Position numbers and translations under genes: made by a program | The notes under the pieces: model-generated | Told to the model about the DNA's origin: nothing | Databases searched by the model: none | Seen by the model: only the letters and a program-made list of their open reading frames with translations | DNA from: Candidatus Falkowbacteria bacterium | GTDB taxonomy: Bacteria > Patescibacteriota > Patescibacteriia > Patescibacteriales > UBA12465 | Assembly: GCA_037132255.1 (NCBI GenBank) | Contig: JBAXPN010000002.1 | Coordinates: 12,433-76,432, forward strand | DNA: 64,000 nucleotides | Direction of reading: 5' to 3' | Part shown: in pieces, positions 8,712 to 18,139 of the stretch | Numbering within the stretch: position 1 is the first letter of the stretch | Layout: each line of letters opens with the position of its first letter

Positions 8712-9563
8712 ATGGATACAAAATCAAATGATTCTGACTCTCATGTCGTCCTTAATCTGATAACAAGAGAAATTAGCGTGCTGCCAGTTACAGAAATTGA
8801 TGTAAAACAGCATATTAGCATCATAACAATGACGGCATTAAAGGCTGAAATTCAGGTCTCTATTTCTAAGGACCCGCTTCTTGAAGTGATTATAAATACC
8901 GCTAAGCTCTTAATTTCTAAATTAGAGTCGGTAGAAAATCAAAACCCGTTTACCACTGCAAACCAAGCATCAGCCGAAGAAACTTTATTCATTCCGGCGA
9001 AACTAACAACTATTACTCCGGGACAAGCTAAGTACTTGCTTTGTAAATTGGTTGATCTTCCTCTTGAATGTCGCACATCAAACTGCTTAAAGGCGGCCGG
9101 CGTCGACTACGTTTGGAATTTAGCGGACTACGCAGATTATAATCTTGAAGGCATGCTAAGGTGGCCAAATTTTGGGAAAAGATCTTTAGGAGATCTGAAA
9201 GAAACCCTGAGCAAATTAATTGGCCCAAACTATGAGAGCGTGTTGCAAAAAATAAATGATTGCAACAAAGATCTACTCCAGCGCCAGTGGAATAAAATTA
9301 AAATTATCACTGGCAATATACACTTTATAGAGTTAAAGCAGGCAGTACGTGAAGAATATTTTTTGCAACACCAATCATTCGCTGATCTGATTGAACACCG
9401 GGTTGTTAATAACATCTATTTAAGAGATGACAATCCGAAAAGCTCAGAAAAAGCAAATAGTGCATTAGATTCTTTAAAAGGAGTAATTAGAACCTACATC
9501 TGCGCACAAGAAAAATTTATTATTACAGGAGCTTTAAATGCCATAATCACACAAAACAAATAA
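8712..9563 (+). CDS. protein with RNA polymerase alpha-subunit C-terminal-domain-like (HhH) module
   Basis: LVDLPLECRTSNCLKAAGVDYVWNLADY...WPNFGKRSLGDLKETLSKL aligns by eye with E. coli alpha-CTD ([22 protein letters not shown]...TPNLGKKSLTEIKDVL). There is no alpha NTD. A TTGACA-N17-TAAATT promoter lies at 8638-8666. Confidence 0.55.
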   Translation: MDTKSNDSDSHVVLNLITREISVLPVTEIDVKQHISIITMTALKAEIQVSISKDPLLEVIINTAKLLISKLESVENQNPFTTANQASAEETLFIPAKLTTITPGQAKYLLCKLVDLPLECRTSNCLKAAGVDYVWNLADYADYNLEGMLRWPNFGKRSLGDLKETLSKLIGPNYESVLQKINDCNKDLLQRQWNKIKIITGNIHFIELKQAVREEYFLQHQSFADLIEHRVVNNIYLRDDNPKSSEKANSALDSLKGVIRTYICAQEKFIITGALNAIITQNK

Positions 9564-9565
9564 AA

Positions 9566-10198
9566 ATGAAAAACTCGAAAAAAATCACCCGCTTAAGCGC
9601 ATCTCTACTCTTTTTTCTTTTTTTCGGATTATGTGCTGCCTTCGCCCAGGAAAAAAATAATAAAGAAATCAAACTATCATCCGCCTCTCTTTCGAGCGGT
9701 GAGGGTCCACTATCTGCCGGGCTTTTTGCAGAAGCCAATTTCAGCAGGGGAAGCGATGTTATTAATGTTTCACTCGGAGAGCGCGACATGTATGTAGTTT
9801 ACTTAAAAGGATTTGGAAAAAGATTTTCGATTGGTCCAAGTTTTGAATATTATTATAATGTTCCACTTATCGGAATTATGGCCTTCTCTACCCCGATTCA
9901 ATCTGCTAATTTCTCTGTCGGCACTATGACCTGGTCGGGTGTTTCCGCTGGTACTCCCGCTGAAGAGGTTGAACTTCTCAATTGGGGGCTGCGCTTCTTC
10001 TGGCAATCAATCGACATTAACTACAAAAATTTTACTGCCACCAGTGCTGTTCTCTATTATGATACATGGGGTCCACTAGTAGACTTCAAATACAAACAAC
10101 CTATAAATAAAAACTGGATTATCTTCGCTAGTGCTGGCTATAGCTGGTATAGCGACGGGAAAGCATTACTTAAACTTGGAATCACTTATAAACTCTAA
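9566..10198 (+). CDS. secreted protein with signal peptide, beta-strand-rich (porin-like alternation)
   Basis: Signal peptide MKNSKKITRLSASLLFFLFFGLCAAFA|QE. The remainder shows alternating hydrophobic/aromatic dyads and a C-terminal ...ALLKLGITYKL. No family recognised. Confidence 0.5.
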   Translation: MKNSKKITRLSASLLFFLFFGLCAAFAQEKNNKEIKLSSASLSSGEGPLSAGLFAEANFSRGSDVINVSLGERDMYVVYLKGFGKRFSIGPSFEYYYNVPLIGIMAFSTPIQSANFSVGTMTWSGVSAGTPAEEVELLNWGLRFFWQSIDINYKNFTATSAVLYYDTWGPLVDFKYKQPINKNWIIFASAGYSWYSDGKALLKLGITYKL

Positions 10199-10201
10199 CC
10201 C

Positions 10202-10558
10202 ATGGAAGAATCGAACAACGCCCGGCAGATGCATTCTGTCTTTAATCAACTTGCGCTTTCAGAAAAGCCGTTTTCATTAAACGACGTTTACGTCGAACTA
10301 ACTAAGCGAGGTGCTATTGGAAATTCTGGCCTTCGCTCGGCAATTGAAGCTTATTTCAAAAATATGCTTGATCAGGACTTTATTCTTGCAGCCGGCGCCT
10401 GCGAAGCCTTTCCTTACAGAGCATTATTTATCGCCTCCGAACAACTTCTCCATGTAGGAGAAATAACTCCCGGTTGTATCGACAATGGCATAAACCTTAG
10501 TGGCATGGCCATGTATGCAACGCTTGGCGAACTAAGGAAACAAAACAAAAAGGAATAA
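10202..10558 (+). CDS. hypothetical protein
   Basis: 118-aa ORF starting 3 nt after the previous stop, so probably the same operon. Confidence 0.45.
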   Translation: MEESNNARQMHSVFNQLALSEKPFSLNDVYVELTKRGAIGNSGLRSAIEAYFKNMLDQDFILAAGACEAFPYRALFIASEQLLHVGEITPGCIDNGINLSGMAMYATLGELRKQNKKE

Positions 10559-10577
10559 AATTATTATTCTAAACTCT

Positions 10578-10607
10578 AAGACTTGTCTTAAAAAACAAGT
10601 CTTTTTT
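10578..10607 (+). terminator. intrinsic terminator
   Basis: AAGACTTGT-loop-ACAAGTCTT followed by TTTT. Confidence 0.7.
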
Positions 10608-10613
10608 ATTTAC

Positions 10614-10644
10614 AAAAACACCCTCGATTAAAAGGGTGTTTTTT
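10614..10644. terminator. intrinsic terminator, bidirectional (serves hppA on the minus strand)
   Basis: ACACCCT-CGATTAAA-AGGGTGT flanked by A5 and T5 runs. Confidence 0.65.
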
Positions 10645-10663
10645 ATTTTCGCTTTTTTCTAAT

Positions 10664-12673
10664 TTAGAGTAGTAGTCCAACGATAAGGAGGGCAACGATG
10701 TTTAAAACTTTGATCATCGGATTGATAGCTGGCCCAGCTGTATCCTTATAAGGGTCACCGACTGTATCGCCTGTAACCGCTGCCTTATGAGCATCAGATC
10801 CTTTACCTCCGAAATTACCGGCTTCAATATATTTCTTCGCATTGTCCCAGGCGCCTCCACCCGAGGTCATTGAAACAGCGACAAAAATACCGGTAACGAT
10901 TGAACCAACAAGCAAGCCGCCTAAAACTTCTAAGCCACGGCCCGGAGCAATCATATTAAAACCAAATCCAACAATGATCGGCACGACAACCGGGATCAAA
11001 GCCGGAATAATCATTTCTTTGATGGCGGCCTTAGTGACGATATCAACGGTACGACCATAATCTGGTTTTTCTGTGCCGGACATAATTCCTGTTTTTTCTC
11101 TGAATTGAGCGCGCACATCTTCAACGACCGCACCCGCTGCGCGACCAACCGCTTTCATCGACATAGCGCCAAAAATATAAGGTAATGCGCCACCAATAAA
11201 TAATCCGATTAACACATATGGATTATCTATTAAGAATTGAGCGCTGCCGCCAGATGCCTTTATCTTATAAGTAAAATCAGCAAATAGAACTAGGGCTGCT
11301 AAAGCAGCTGAACCAATAGCATAACCCTTGGTAACCGCTTTAGTGGTATTACCAACTGCGTCTAATGGATCTGTAATATTGCGAACGTCATCACCAAGCT
11401 CGGCCATCTCTGCAATGCCACCAGCATTATCAGTGATTGGTCCATAAGCATCGATAGTAACGATGATGCCTGCCATTGATAACATGGCCATAGCTGCAAT
11501 CGCAACGCCGTATAAACCAGCGAGCGAGAAAGCGCCAAGAATGGCTAAACAAATAACGAGAACTGGAAGCGCAGTCGACTTCATGGAAACTGCTAATCCG
11601 GCAATAACATTAGTGCCATGGCCAGTTTTCGAAGCTTCTGCAATTTCCTTAACCGGGCTAAAGGCAGTCGAAGTATAATACTCAGTAATAACCACGAGTA
11701 AACCAGTTACAAGTAAACCAATTAAGCTGGCAAAATAAATCTTCATGCTTAAACCGCCAACAATCATGTATTTAGTGATTGGATAAAAGGCGACAGCGGC
11801 TAAAACTCCAGCGGCAATCAAACCTTTGTATAACGCTCTCATGATATTTTGTTTTTTTCCTAAACGGATAAAGAAAATACCAATGATTGAAACAATAATG
11901 GAAACTGCTCCCAAAACTAATGGGAATAAAATTATATTTTTATTATCAGCAAAAGTGAGTGATCCTAAAACCATTGCGGCAATTAAAGTAACAGCATAGG
12001 TTTCAAATAAATCAGCCGCCATACCAGCGCAGTCACCAACGTTATCACCAACGTTATCAGCAATAACCGCTGGGTTACGAGGATCATCTTCTGGAATACT
12101 AGCTTCAACCTTACCAACTAAATCTGCGCCAACGTCCGCTGCCTTGGTATAAATACCGCCGCCAAGACGAGCGAAGATAGAAATTAAAGATCCGCCAAAA
12201 GCGAAACCGATAAGCGCGTGCAAGTCATTTGTTAAAAAATAGAAACCGGCTGTACCAATTAAAGCGAGACCAACAACTAACATACCAGTAACGCTACCGC
12301 CTTTAACGGCAACGTTTAAGGCTTTGGCCAATCCGCCACGAGCCGCTTCGGTTGTTCTGACATTAGCGCGAACGCTAACAAACATACCAATGTAACCAGT
12401 TAAAGCCGAGAGGCTCGCTCCGACAATAAAGGCTAAGGCTGTTTTCCATCCTAACTCTGGGATGAAGCCAATGATTAAAAATAAAACTACAGCCACCATC
12501 GCCACTGCTCTGTACTGACGATTCAAGAAAGCTTTTGCTCCCTCTTGAATAGCTTTAGCGATTTCTTTCATTTTGTCGTTGCCCTCAGGCATACGCAAAA
12601 TTGAAGCAATTACGATACCACCATATAAAATAGCGATAAGCGCGCTCCCCAAAATAAATAATGTCATCATCAT
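10664..12673 (-). CDS. hppA: membrane-bound proton-translocating pyrophosphatase, K+-independent type
   Basis: [31 protein letters not shown] and [15 protein letters not shown] motifs, with about 15 TM helices. [16 protein letters not shown] carries Lys/Thr at the positions that are Ala/Gly in K+-dependent enzymes (recalled from the family literature). Confidence 0.92.
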   Translation of the reverse strand: MMMTLFILGSALIAILYGGIVIASILRMPEGNDKMKEIAKAIQEGAKAFLNRQYRAVAMVAVVLFLIIGFIPELGWKTALAFIVGASLSALTGYIGMFVSVRANVRTTEAARGGLAKALNVAVKGGSVTGMLVVGLALIGTAGFYFLTNDLHALIGFAFGGSLISIFARLGGGIYTKAADVGADLVGKVEASIPEDDPRNPAVIADNVGDNVGDCAGMAADLFETYAVTLIAAMVLGSLTFADNKNIILFPLVLGAVSIIVSIIGIFFIRLGKKQNIMRALYKGLIAAGVLAAVAFYPITKYMIVGGLSMKIYFASLIGLLVTGLLVVITEYYTSTAFSPVKEIAEASKTGHGTNVIAGLAVSMKSTALPVLVICLAILGAFSLAGLYGVAIAAMAMLSMAGIIVTIDAYGPITDNAGGIAEMAELGDDVRNITDPLDAVGNTTKAVTKGYAIGSAALAALVLFADFTYKIKASGGSAQFLIDNPYVLIGLFIGGALPYIFGAMSMKAVGRAAGAVVEDVRAQFREKTGIMSGTEKPDYGRTVDIVTKAAIKEMIIPALIPVVVPIIVGFGFNMIAPGRGLEVLGGLLVGSIVTGIFVAVSMTSGGGAWDNAKKYIEAGNFGGKGSDAHKAAVTGDTVGDPYKDTAGPAINPMIKVLNIVALLIVGLLL

Positions 12674-12684
12674 AGTGTTGTTAC

Positions 12685-14019
12685 TTATTCTTTTTTAGTT
12701 TTTTTAATTTTCTTATCTTCTTTTTTTTCTTCTTCTTTAGCGTCTTCGGCTTTTATTTCAGTTTCAATAATTTCTGATTCTTTAGCGTCTTCCATGACCT
12801 GATTTTCTTCTAAAATTTCCATTGTCTCACCATCACTTTCTAAAACTTTCTTTTCGCCTTCTTCTGAGGCTTCAATAATATCAATTTTCCAACCCGTTAA
12901 GCGAGCCGCCAAGCGAACGTTCTGGCCATTCTTACCGATAGCAAGCGATAATTTATCAGAAGCAACCTTAACAATCGCTTTATGATCAGCTTCATCGAGT
13001 TCAATGGAAATAACTTTTGCTGGCGCTAGAGCATTGGCAATAAACTTCGCTGAATCCTCATTATATTCAATAATATCAATTTTTTCTCCGCCGAGTTCAC
13101 TAATAATAGTCTGGATACGGCTACCGCGTTGACCAACACAAGAGCCGACTGGGTCGACATTCTCAGCCTCGGTTGCGATTGCGACCTTAGAACGAGAACC
13201 GGCTTCACGAGCGACTTCTTTGATTTCAACTAAGCCATTCGCAATCTCTGGAATTTCTAAATAAAAAACTTTCTTTAGAATTTCTTCGCTTCGGCGAGAT
13301 AAAATAATTTCCGGTCCCTTATGGCCTTCTCTTACTTCTTTGATGTAAACCTTTAAGCGGTCGTTAGGATTATAGCGTTCATTAAAAATTTGTTCTTCGG
13401 CTGGTAAAAGACCAATCGCTTTGCCTAAATCGACAAAAACGAAACGACCTTCACGACGTTGAACAATCCCGGAAACAACTTCTCTTTCCTTCCCTTTGAA
13501 TTCACCGAATATCATGTCTCGCTCCATCTCTCTTAATTTTTGGATAATAACTTGTTTGGCTGTTTGAGCGGCCATGCGTCCGTAGCTTTCCGGGATTGGT
13601 AAATCAGTCACTATCTCTTCTCCGACTTTTGCTTCAAATTTTAAAATTGAGGCTTCTTTAATTTGAATATCAGTTTTAGGATTAAACTTTTTCTTACCCT
13701 CCTCTAAAACTTCCTCTTCAGGAACATAAAAGCCAACATGAGTTTCTTCTTTTTTAAGATCTTTAGGGTTTGGATTATAAAGATTCTGAAGCATCTCCGC
13801 TTCTTCCTGCTCCGGTAGATTCTCAACAACCGTTTTGACATCAAAAATTTCCGATGCTCCAGTGGTCGGATCGAATTTAACGCGGATGTTTTGATTACGT
13901 TCACCGTAATCTTTGCGATAGGCGGCGGCAAGAGCGAGCTCAATCGCTGCAATCACCGAATTGTATTCAAGATTTTTCTCTTCACACAATTGCTTAATCG
14001 CTGTGCTTATTTCTGACAT
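12685..14019 (-). CDS. nusA: transcription termination/antitermination factor NusA
   Basis: [36 protein letters not shown] (NusA N-terminal domain), S1 domain ([18 protein letters not shown]) and two KH domains ([24 protein letters not shown]). The track ORF extends to 14085, but the Met at 14019 fits the family N-terminus. The C-terminal tail is acidic and Lys-rich. Confidence 0.9.
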   Translation of the reverse strand: MSEISTAIKQLCEEKNLEYNSVIAAIELALAAAYRKDYGERNQNIRVKFDPTTGASEIFDVKTVVENLPEQEEAEMLQNLYNPNPKDLKKEETHVGFYVPEEEVLEEGKKKFNPKTDIQIKEASILKFEAKVGEEIVTDLPIPESYGRMAAQTAKQVIIQKLREMERDMIFGEFKGKEREVVSGIVQRREGRFVFVDLGKAIGLLPAEEQIFNERYNPNDRLKVYIKEVREGHKGPEIILSRRSEEILKKVFYLEIPEIANGLVEIKEVAREAGSRSKVAIATEAENVDPVGSCVGQRGSRIQTIISELGGEKIDIIEYNEDSAKFIANALAPAKVISIELDEADHKAIVKVASDKLSLAIGKNGQNVRLAARLTGWKIDIIEASEEGEKKVLESDGETMEILEENQVMEDAKESEIIETEIKAEDAKEEEKKEDKKIKKTKKE

Positions 14020-14153
14020 ATTTTTATATTTTTTCATCCCCGCAAAAGCGAGAATTCTTTTTTTAAGAGAAAAAGCTAATTGCATTAAACAACTAGCTTT
14101 CTATGTAATATGATACCATATTTTAGATTTTTGTCAAAAAGACTAATCCCGTC

Positions 14154-14594
14154 TTAATAGTTTGCATTACCGCTTGCGCCGGACGCCCAGTTCATCGCAT
14201 TAAGCACAAAAGTGGTTATTCCCCAGGCAGCAAGAACAACAATTAGTCCGATTACCGCATCTCTAATTTGCCCGACTGCTTTTTTCGTTTGATCTTGATT
14301 ACCCGCCGCAGTCATATATCTAAAACCAGCAAAAATAACTAGAGCCAAAAAAATCGCAGCTATAAATCCTAAAACCACTTGAATTATTTTACCGATAATA
14401 ACCCTAATATCAGTCACATTTTTGCCATCCTGATTCCCGTATGCTTTTCCAATATCACTTATGCCTGTCTGGCTATTAAACAGCGCTTCGTCAGCGCGCG
14501 CTTGATGGGCGCTAGAGGCAAACACTACGATTTGAATTACGCTAAAGATAGCTAAAAAAAGAAAAGAAATGACGTGCTTTTTAGTGATTGCCAT
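14154..14594 (-). CDS. small membrane protein, possibly TrbC/VirB2-like pilin
   Basis: A signal/TM segment, then two TM helices flanking MTAAGNQDQTKKAVGQIRDA. This topology is reminiscent of VirB2-type pilins, but the assignment is weak. Confidence 0.35.
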   Translation of the reverse strand: MAITKKHVISFLFLAIFSVIQIVVFASSAHQARADEALFNSQTGISDIGKAYGNQDGKNVTDIRVIIGKIIQVVLGFIAAIFLALVIFAGFRYMTAAGNQDQTKKAVGQIRDAVIGLIVVLAAWGITTFVLNAMNWASGASGNANY

Positions 14595-14686
14595 AAATAT
14601 GATATAATTGAGTTACAATTTAGCTTGTGCTAAAAAGAGCAAAGCTCTATTCTTATTATATAAAACTAGCCCTAAAAACACAAGAA

Positions 14687-16165
14687 ATGAGTTTAGCAAA
14701 AAAAATCGCCCATAACACTTTAATCCAAGTTGCTGGCAAAATTGTGTCCACTGTCCTGGGCCTTTTTTCGCTTGCCCTTATCACGCGCTATCTCGGGCAG
14801 ACTGGTTTTGGTGAATACACCACAATCATGACTTTTTTGACTTTTTTCGCCGTGATTGCTGATCTTGGACTAACCCTCGTAACTGTCCAGATGATTAGTG
14901 GCCAAAGAGATGATGAGAATAAAATCTTAAATAATCTTTTTAGTTTACGTTTAGTCTCTGCTCTTTTATTTATTGGCATCGCTCCGTTTATTGTCATGTT
15001 CTTTCCTTATAGCGCCACTGTTAAGTTTGGAGTTTTAATCGCCGCTGCCTCATTTGTTTTCCCAGCCCTAAACCAAATACTGGTTGGTCTTTTCCAAAAG
15101 AAATTGAATATGGACCGCGCCGCTCTAGCTGAAGTAATAAGTAGAGTTGTTTTAATTATCGGAATTATTTTAACCCAAAAATATGAAGCCGGTCTCCGTG
15201 GAATCTTAATAACGTCGATTGCCTCAAGCGCCGCGAGCTTTTTATTGCATTATATTTTTGCTTGTAAATTTGCCGTCGTAAAATTTGAATTCGACTTATC
15301 TCTCTGGAAAAAAATTATCAGCCGTTCTTGGCCGCTGGCTATTACTATTGTTTTAAATTTAATATATTTACGCGCTGATACATTAATCCTTTCGTTGTTC
15401 CGTGGCCCAGAGATTGTTGGACTTTACGGCGCTGCCTATAAAATATTAGATGTTCTAACAACTCTTCCTTTTATGTTCGCGGGTTTAATTCTGCCTATCT
15501 TAACTAGCGCCTGGGCAGAAAATAATAAACCCTTCTTTAAAAAAATCTTACAAAAATCTTTTGACTGCATGGCGATTGTCGCTATCCCCCTCATGATCGG
15601 TGCCCAATTTCTCGGCAAGCCAATAATGTATTTTGTGGCTGGTAAAGATTTCGTGCTCGCCGGTGATATTTTAAAGATTTTGATTTTTGCCGTCGCGGCC
15701 ATCTTTTTGGGCACAATGTTTTCTCATGCCGTCATTGCTATTGATAAGCAGAAAAAAATGATCGGCTTTTACGTATTTACTAGTATCAGTTCTCTTGCCG
15801 CCTACCTTTATTTAATCCCGCGCTATTCCTATATTGGCGCCGCGAGCGTAACCATCTACAGCGAACTCCTGATTGCTATTTTCTCAGCATACTGTATCTT
15901 TAAGTATACTCGCTTCTTCCCGAGCCTATGCGTTGTTATTAAATCAATAATCGCCGGGCTTGCCATGGGCGCCTTAATCTATATCCTTCCGGCCTATTTC
16001 CAAGCCAGTCTTGGCGGCTTACTATTCATACTTATTCTAGCCAGTTTAGCTTATTTCTTATTCCTTTATCTTCTCGGTGGAATTAATTCAGAAGATTTGC
16101 GCTCTATTTTTAGTAAACAAACTAAAAGTGGCGGACAAGTTTATGATACGGGAACTAACTTATAA
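14687..16165 (+). CDS. MOP-superfamily flippase (Wzx/MurJ-like polysaccharide or lipid-linked oligosaccharide transporter)
   Basis: MSLAKKIAHNTLIQVAGKIVSTVLGLFSLALITRYLGQTGFGEYT is a typical Wzx/polysaccharide-biosynthesis-protein N-terminus, with about 12-14 TM helices. The track ORF starts at a GTG at 14627, but the ATG at 14687 is more plausible. Confidence 0.75.
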   Translation: MSLAKKIAHNTLIQVAGKIVSTVLGLFSLALITRYLGQTGFGEYTTIMTFLTFFAVIADLGLTLVTVQMISGQRDDENKILNNLFSLRLVSALLFIGIAPFIVMFFPYSATVKFGVLIAAASFVFPALNQILVGLFQKKLNMDRAALAEVISRVVLIIGIILTQKYEAGLRGILITSIASSAASFLLHYIFACKFAVVKFEFDLSLWKKIISRSWPLAITIVLNLIYLRADTLILSLFRGPEIVGLYGAAYKILDVLTTLPFMFAGLILPILTSAWAENNKPFFKKILQKSFDCMAIVAIPLMIGAQFLGKPIMYFVAGKDFVLAGDILKILIFAVAAIFLGTMFSHAVIAIDKQKKMIGFYVFTSISSLAAYLYLIPRYSYIGAASVTIYSELLIAIFSAYCIFKYTRFFPSLCVVIKSIIAGLAMGALIYILPAYFQASLGGLLFILILASLAYFLFLYLLGGINSEDLRSIFSKQTKSGGQVYDTGTNL

Positions 16166-16167
16166 AT

Positions 16168-16938
16168 ATGACAACTACAACTTTTCCCGAGATTATCTTT
16201 GAGAATGAAGATTATCTAGTAATTAATAAACCTGCCGGAATCGCCGTTCATGGCGGCGGAAATATTAAAGATAAAACTATCGCTGATTTTTTAATTGAAC
16301 GCTACCCCGGTATTGAATCTGTCGGTGATGATCCAATCAGACCAGGCATTGTTCATCGTTTAGATAAAGAAGTTAGCGGCTTAATGGTTATCGCTAAAAA
16401 TGAACCGACTTTTTCTCTCCTTAAAAATCAGTTCAAAGATCGTGACGTTAATAAAGAGTATGTCGCGCTTGTTCACGGTAAAATGAATACTGAATTCGGC
16501 TCTATTAATTTTCCGATTAAAAGATCGTCCGAAGGATTTAAGATGGCCGCCATGCCTCTAAACACCGCCGATCTCCTTAGTCGTCGTCAGCCAAAGGAGC
16601 GCGATAAGGGAAATCTCGACGGAATGTTTAAAGCACGCGAAGCAATTACTGAATATAATGTTATAAATTTTTTTGTAAATTATACTCTCTTGCAAGTGAA
16701 AATTAAAACTGGTCGTACTCATCAAATCCGCGTTCACCTTTTTGCGCTTGGCCATCCACTAGTTGGCGATACGCTCTACTTTAATAAAAAATCCAAAGCG
16801 CAAAATAAAAAGGTAAATTTGGGAAGAATATTTTTAGCTGCCAATAAATTAAGCTTTAAGGATAAAAATGGAGAAACACAGAGCTTTTCAATCGAAATGC
16901 CGCCTGTTTTAACTGATTTTTTAAAAACAATTAAATAA
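16168..16938 (+). CDS. RluA-family pseudouridine synthase
   Basis: HRLDKEVSGLMVIAK (catalytic Asp motif) and GRTHQIRVHL. Confidence 0.88.
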   Translation: MTTTTFPEIIFENEDYLVINKPAGIAVHGGGNIKDKTIADFLIERYPGIESVGDDPIRPGIVHRLDKEVSGLMVIAKNEPTFSLLKNQFKDRDVNKEYVALVHGKMNTEFGSINFPIKRSSEGFKMAAMPLNTADLLSRRQPKERDKGNLDGMFKAREAITEYNVINFFVNYTLLQVKIKTGRTHQIRVHLFALGHPLVGDTLYFNKKSKAQNKKVNLGRIFLAANKLSFKDKNGETQSFSIEMPPVLTDFLKTIK

Positions 16939-17011
16939 ATTGACGCTCAGTCGTTATTTTATTATAATTAAAGAGTTAATTAAAAAAGTTAATAATAAAA
17001 CAAGAAAAAAT

Positions 17012-18067
17012 ATGAAGAAACTCACTTCTATTTTCCAACAAAAAAAGACTTGGACCACCGTTTTAGTTATTGTGGCCATCTCAATCATCTTGGGAATTAT
17101 AACCTCATCATCTTTACGTAAAGAAGATGCGAAAACTAGCGCTAATAAACCGGGCAAAACAATTAGCACGGATTTAGCAAAAAAAACAGCCGAAGATTTT
17201 ATAAATAATTTCTTGATGCAAAGTGGCAGCAAGGCTACAATCAAGAACATTACTACTGAATATGGCTTATATAAACTGAGCGTTGATATCACGAGCGACG
17301 TTGTTGACTCTTATATGACGAAGGATGGTAAATTATTCTTCCCTCAAGCTCTTAATGTTGCTGAAGTTACTGCCGCTAAAGCTGGAACTGCCGCCGCTGG
17401 TAGCGACACAGCCGCTGCCGCCACACCGTCAGCCACTGTTACTAAAAAGAGCGACAAGCCAGTAATTGAATTATTCGTGATGAGCTATTGCCCATACGGA
17501 ACTCAGATTGAAAAAGGAATATTACCTGTTCTATCAACACTCGGCAGTAAAATAAATTTCCAATTAAAATTCTGTAGCTATGCGATGCATGGTGAAAAAG
17601 AATTAACTGAAAATTTGCTACAATATTGTATTCAAAAAGAACAGCCAGCTAAGTTAAATACTTATTTAACTTGTTTCTTGGCTGATAGCAGTCAATCAGC
17701 TACTTGTCTTGATAAGGCTGGTATTAATAAAAATACTGTTAATAGTTGCGTAACTAAGACTGATAAAGATTTCAAAGTTATGGCTAACTTCACCAGTAAA
17801 ACTGGTTATCAAGGAAGTTACCCGGGATTTGATGTTCAAAAAGCAGATAATGATAAATATAGTGTTGGCGGTTCTCCAACCTTAATTATCAATGGCCAAG
17901 ATATCCAAAGTGGTCGCGACTCAGCTTCCCTTCTTGCGACTATCTGTAGCGCCTTCAATACCCCACCAGCTGAATGTTCAACAAAACTATCAAGCGCTTC
18001 TCCTTCTGCCGGTTTTGGCACAGGAACTGCGGCTGCTAGCGGTGCGGCTGCTGGTTGCGGACAATAA
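17012..18067 (+). CDS. membrane-anchored thioredoxin-fold (DsbA/GILT-like) protein, single-Cys CPYG motif
   Basis: N-terminal TM anchor (TWTTVLVIVAISIILGIITSS) and an Ala-rich linker. VIELFVMSYCPYGTQ...FQLKFCSY has a thioredoxin-fold beta-alpha start with CPYG where CxxC is expected. The track ORF starts at a TTG at 16940, but the ATG at 17012 is preferred. Confidence 0.55.
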   Translation: MKKLTSIFQQKKTWTTVLVIVAISIILGIITSSSLRKEDAKTSANKPGKTISTDLAKKTAEDFINNFLMQSGSKATIKNITTEYGLYKLSVDITSDVVDSYMTKDGKLFFPQALNVAEVTAAKAGTAAAGSDTAAAATPSATVTKKSDKPVIELFVMSYCPYGTQIEKGILPVLSTLGSKINFQLKFCSYAMHGEKELTENLLQYCIQKEQPAKLNTYLTCFLADSSQSATCLDKAGINKNTVNSCVTKTDKDFKVMANFTSKTGYQGSYPGFDVQKADNDKYSVGGSPTLIINGQDIQSGRDSASLLATICSAFNTPPAECSTKLSSASPSAGFGTGTAAASGAAAGCGQ

Positions 18068-18089
18068 TAATTAGTAAAGCATATAAAAA

Positions 18090-18117
18090 ACAGGCCCGAT
18101 TATTTGGGTCTGTTTTT
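18090..18117. terminator. intrinsic terminator, bidirectional
   Basis: ACAGGCCC-GATTATTT-GGGTCTGT flanked by an A-run and a T-run, between convergent genes. Confidence 0.65.
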
Positions 18118-18139
18118 ATTTATATCAATTGTTTATTTC

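Noticed and set aside
10842-11678. Plus-strand ORFs (72 and 71 aa) inside the pyrophosphatase gene. Similar antisense or out-of-frame ORFs occur inside nusA, the flippase, gdh, recQ, folD, glyA, valS, dnaA, the VanW gene and others.
   Set aside because: They lie entirely within long, motif-supported genes on the opposite strand or in another frame. They have low-complexity, biased composition (Pro/Ser/Thr/Ile runs) typical of shadow ORFs.
14020-14085. N-terminal extensions given by the ORF track for nusA (to 14085), folD (to 24516), the flippase (GTG at 14627), the thioredoxin-fold protein (TTG at 16940), PMM (30959) and the GNAT chimera (TTG at 42505).
   Set aside because: Internal ATG codons give N-termini that match the family consensus and remove overlaps. 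The extensions are junk-like (for example MQLAFSLKKRILAFAG and MLFLKDLWQRIILAKLVILARARKN).
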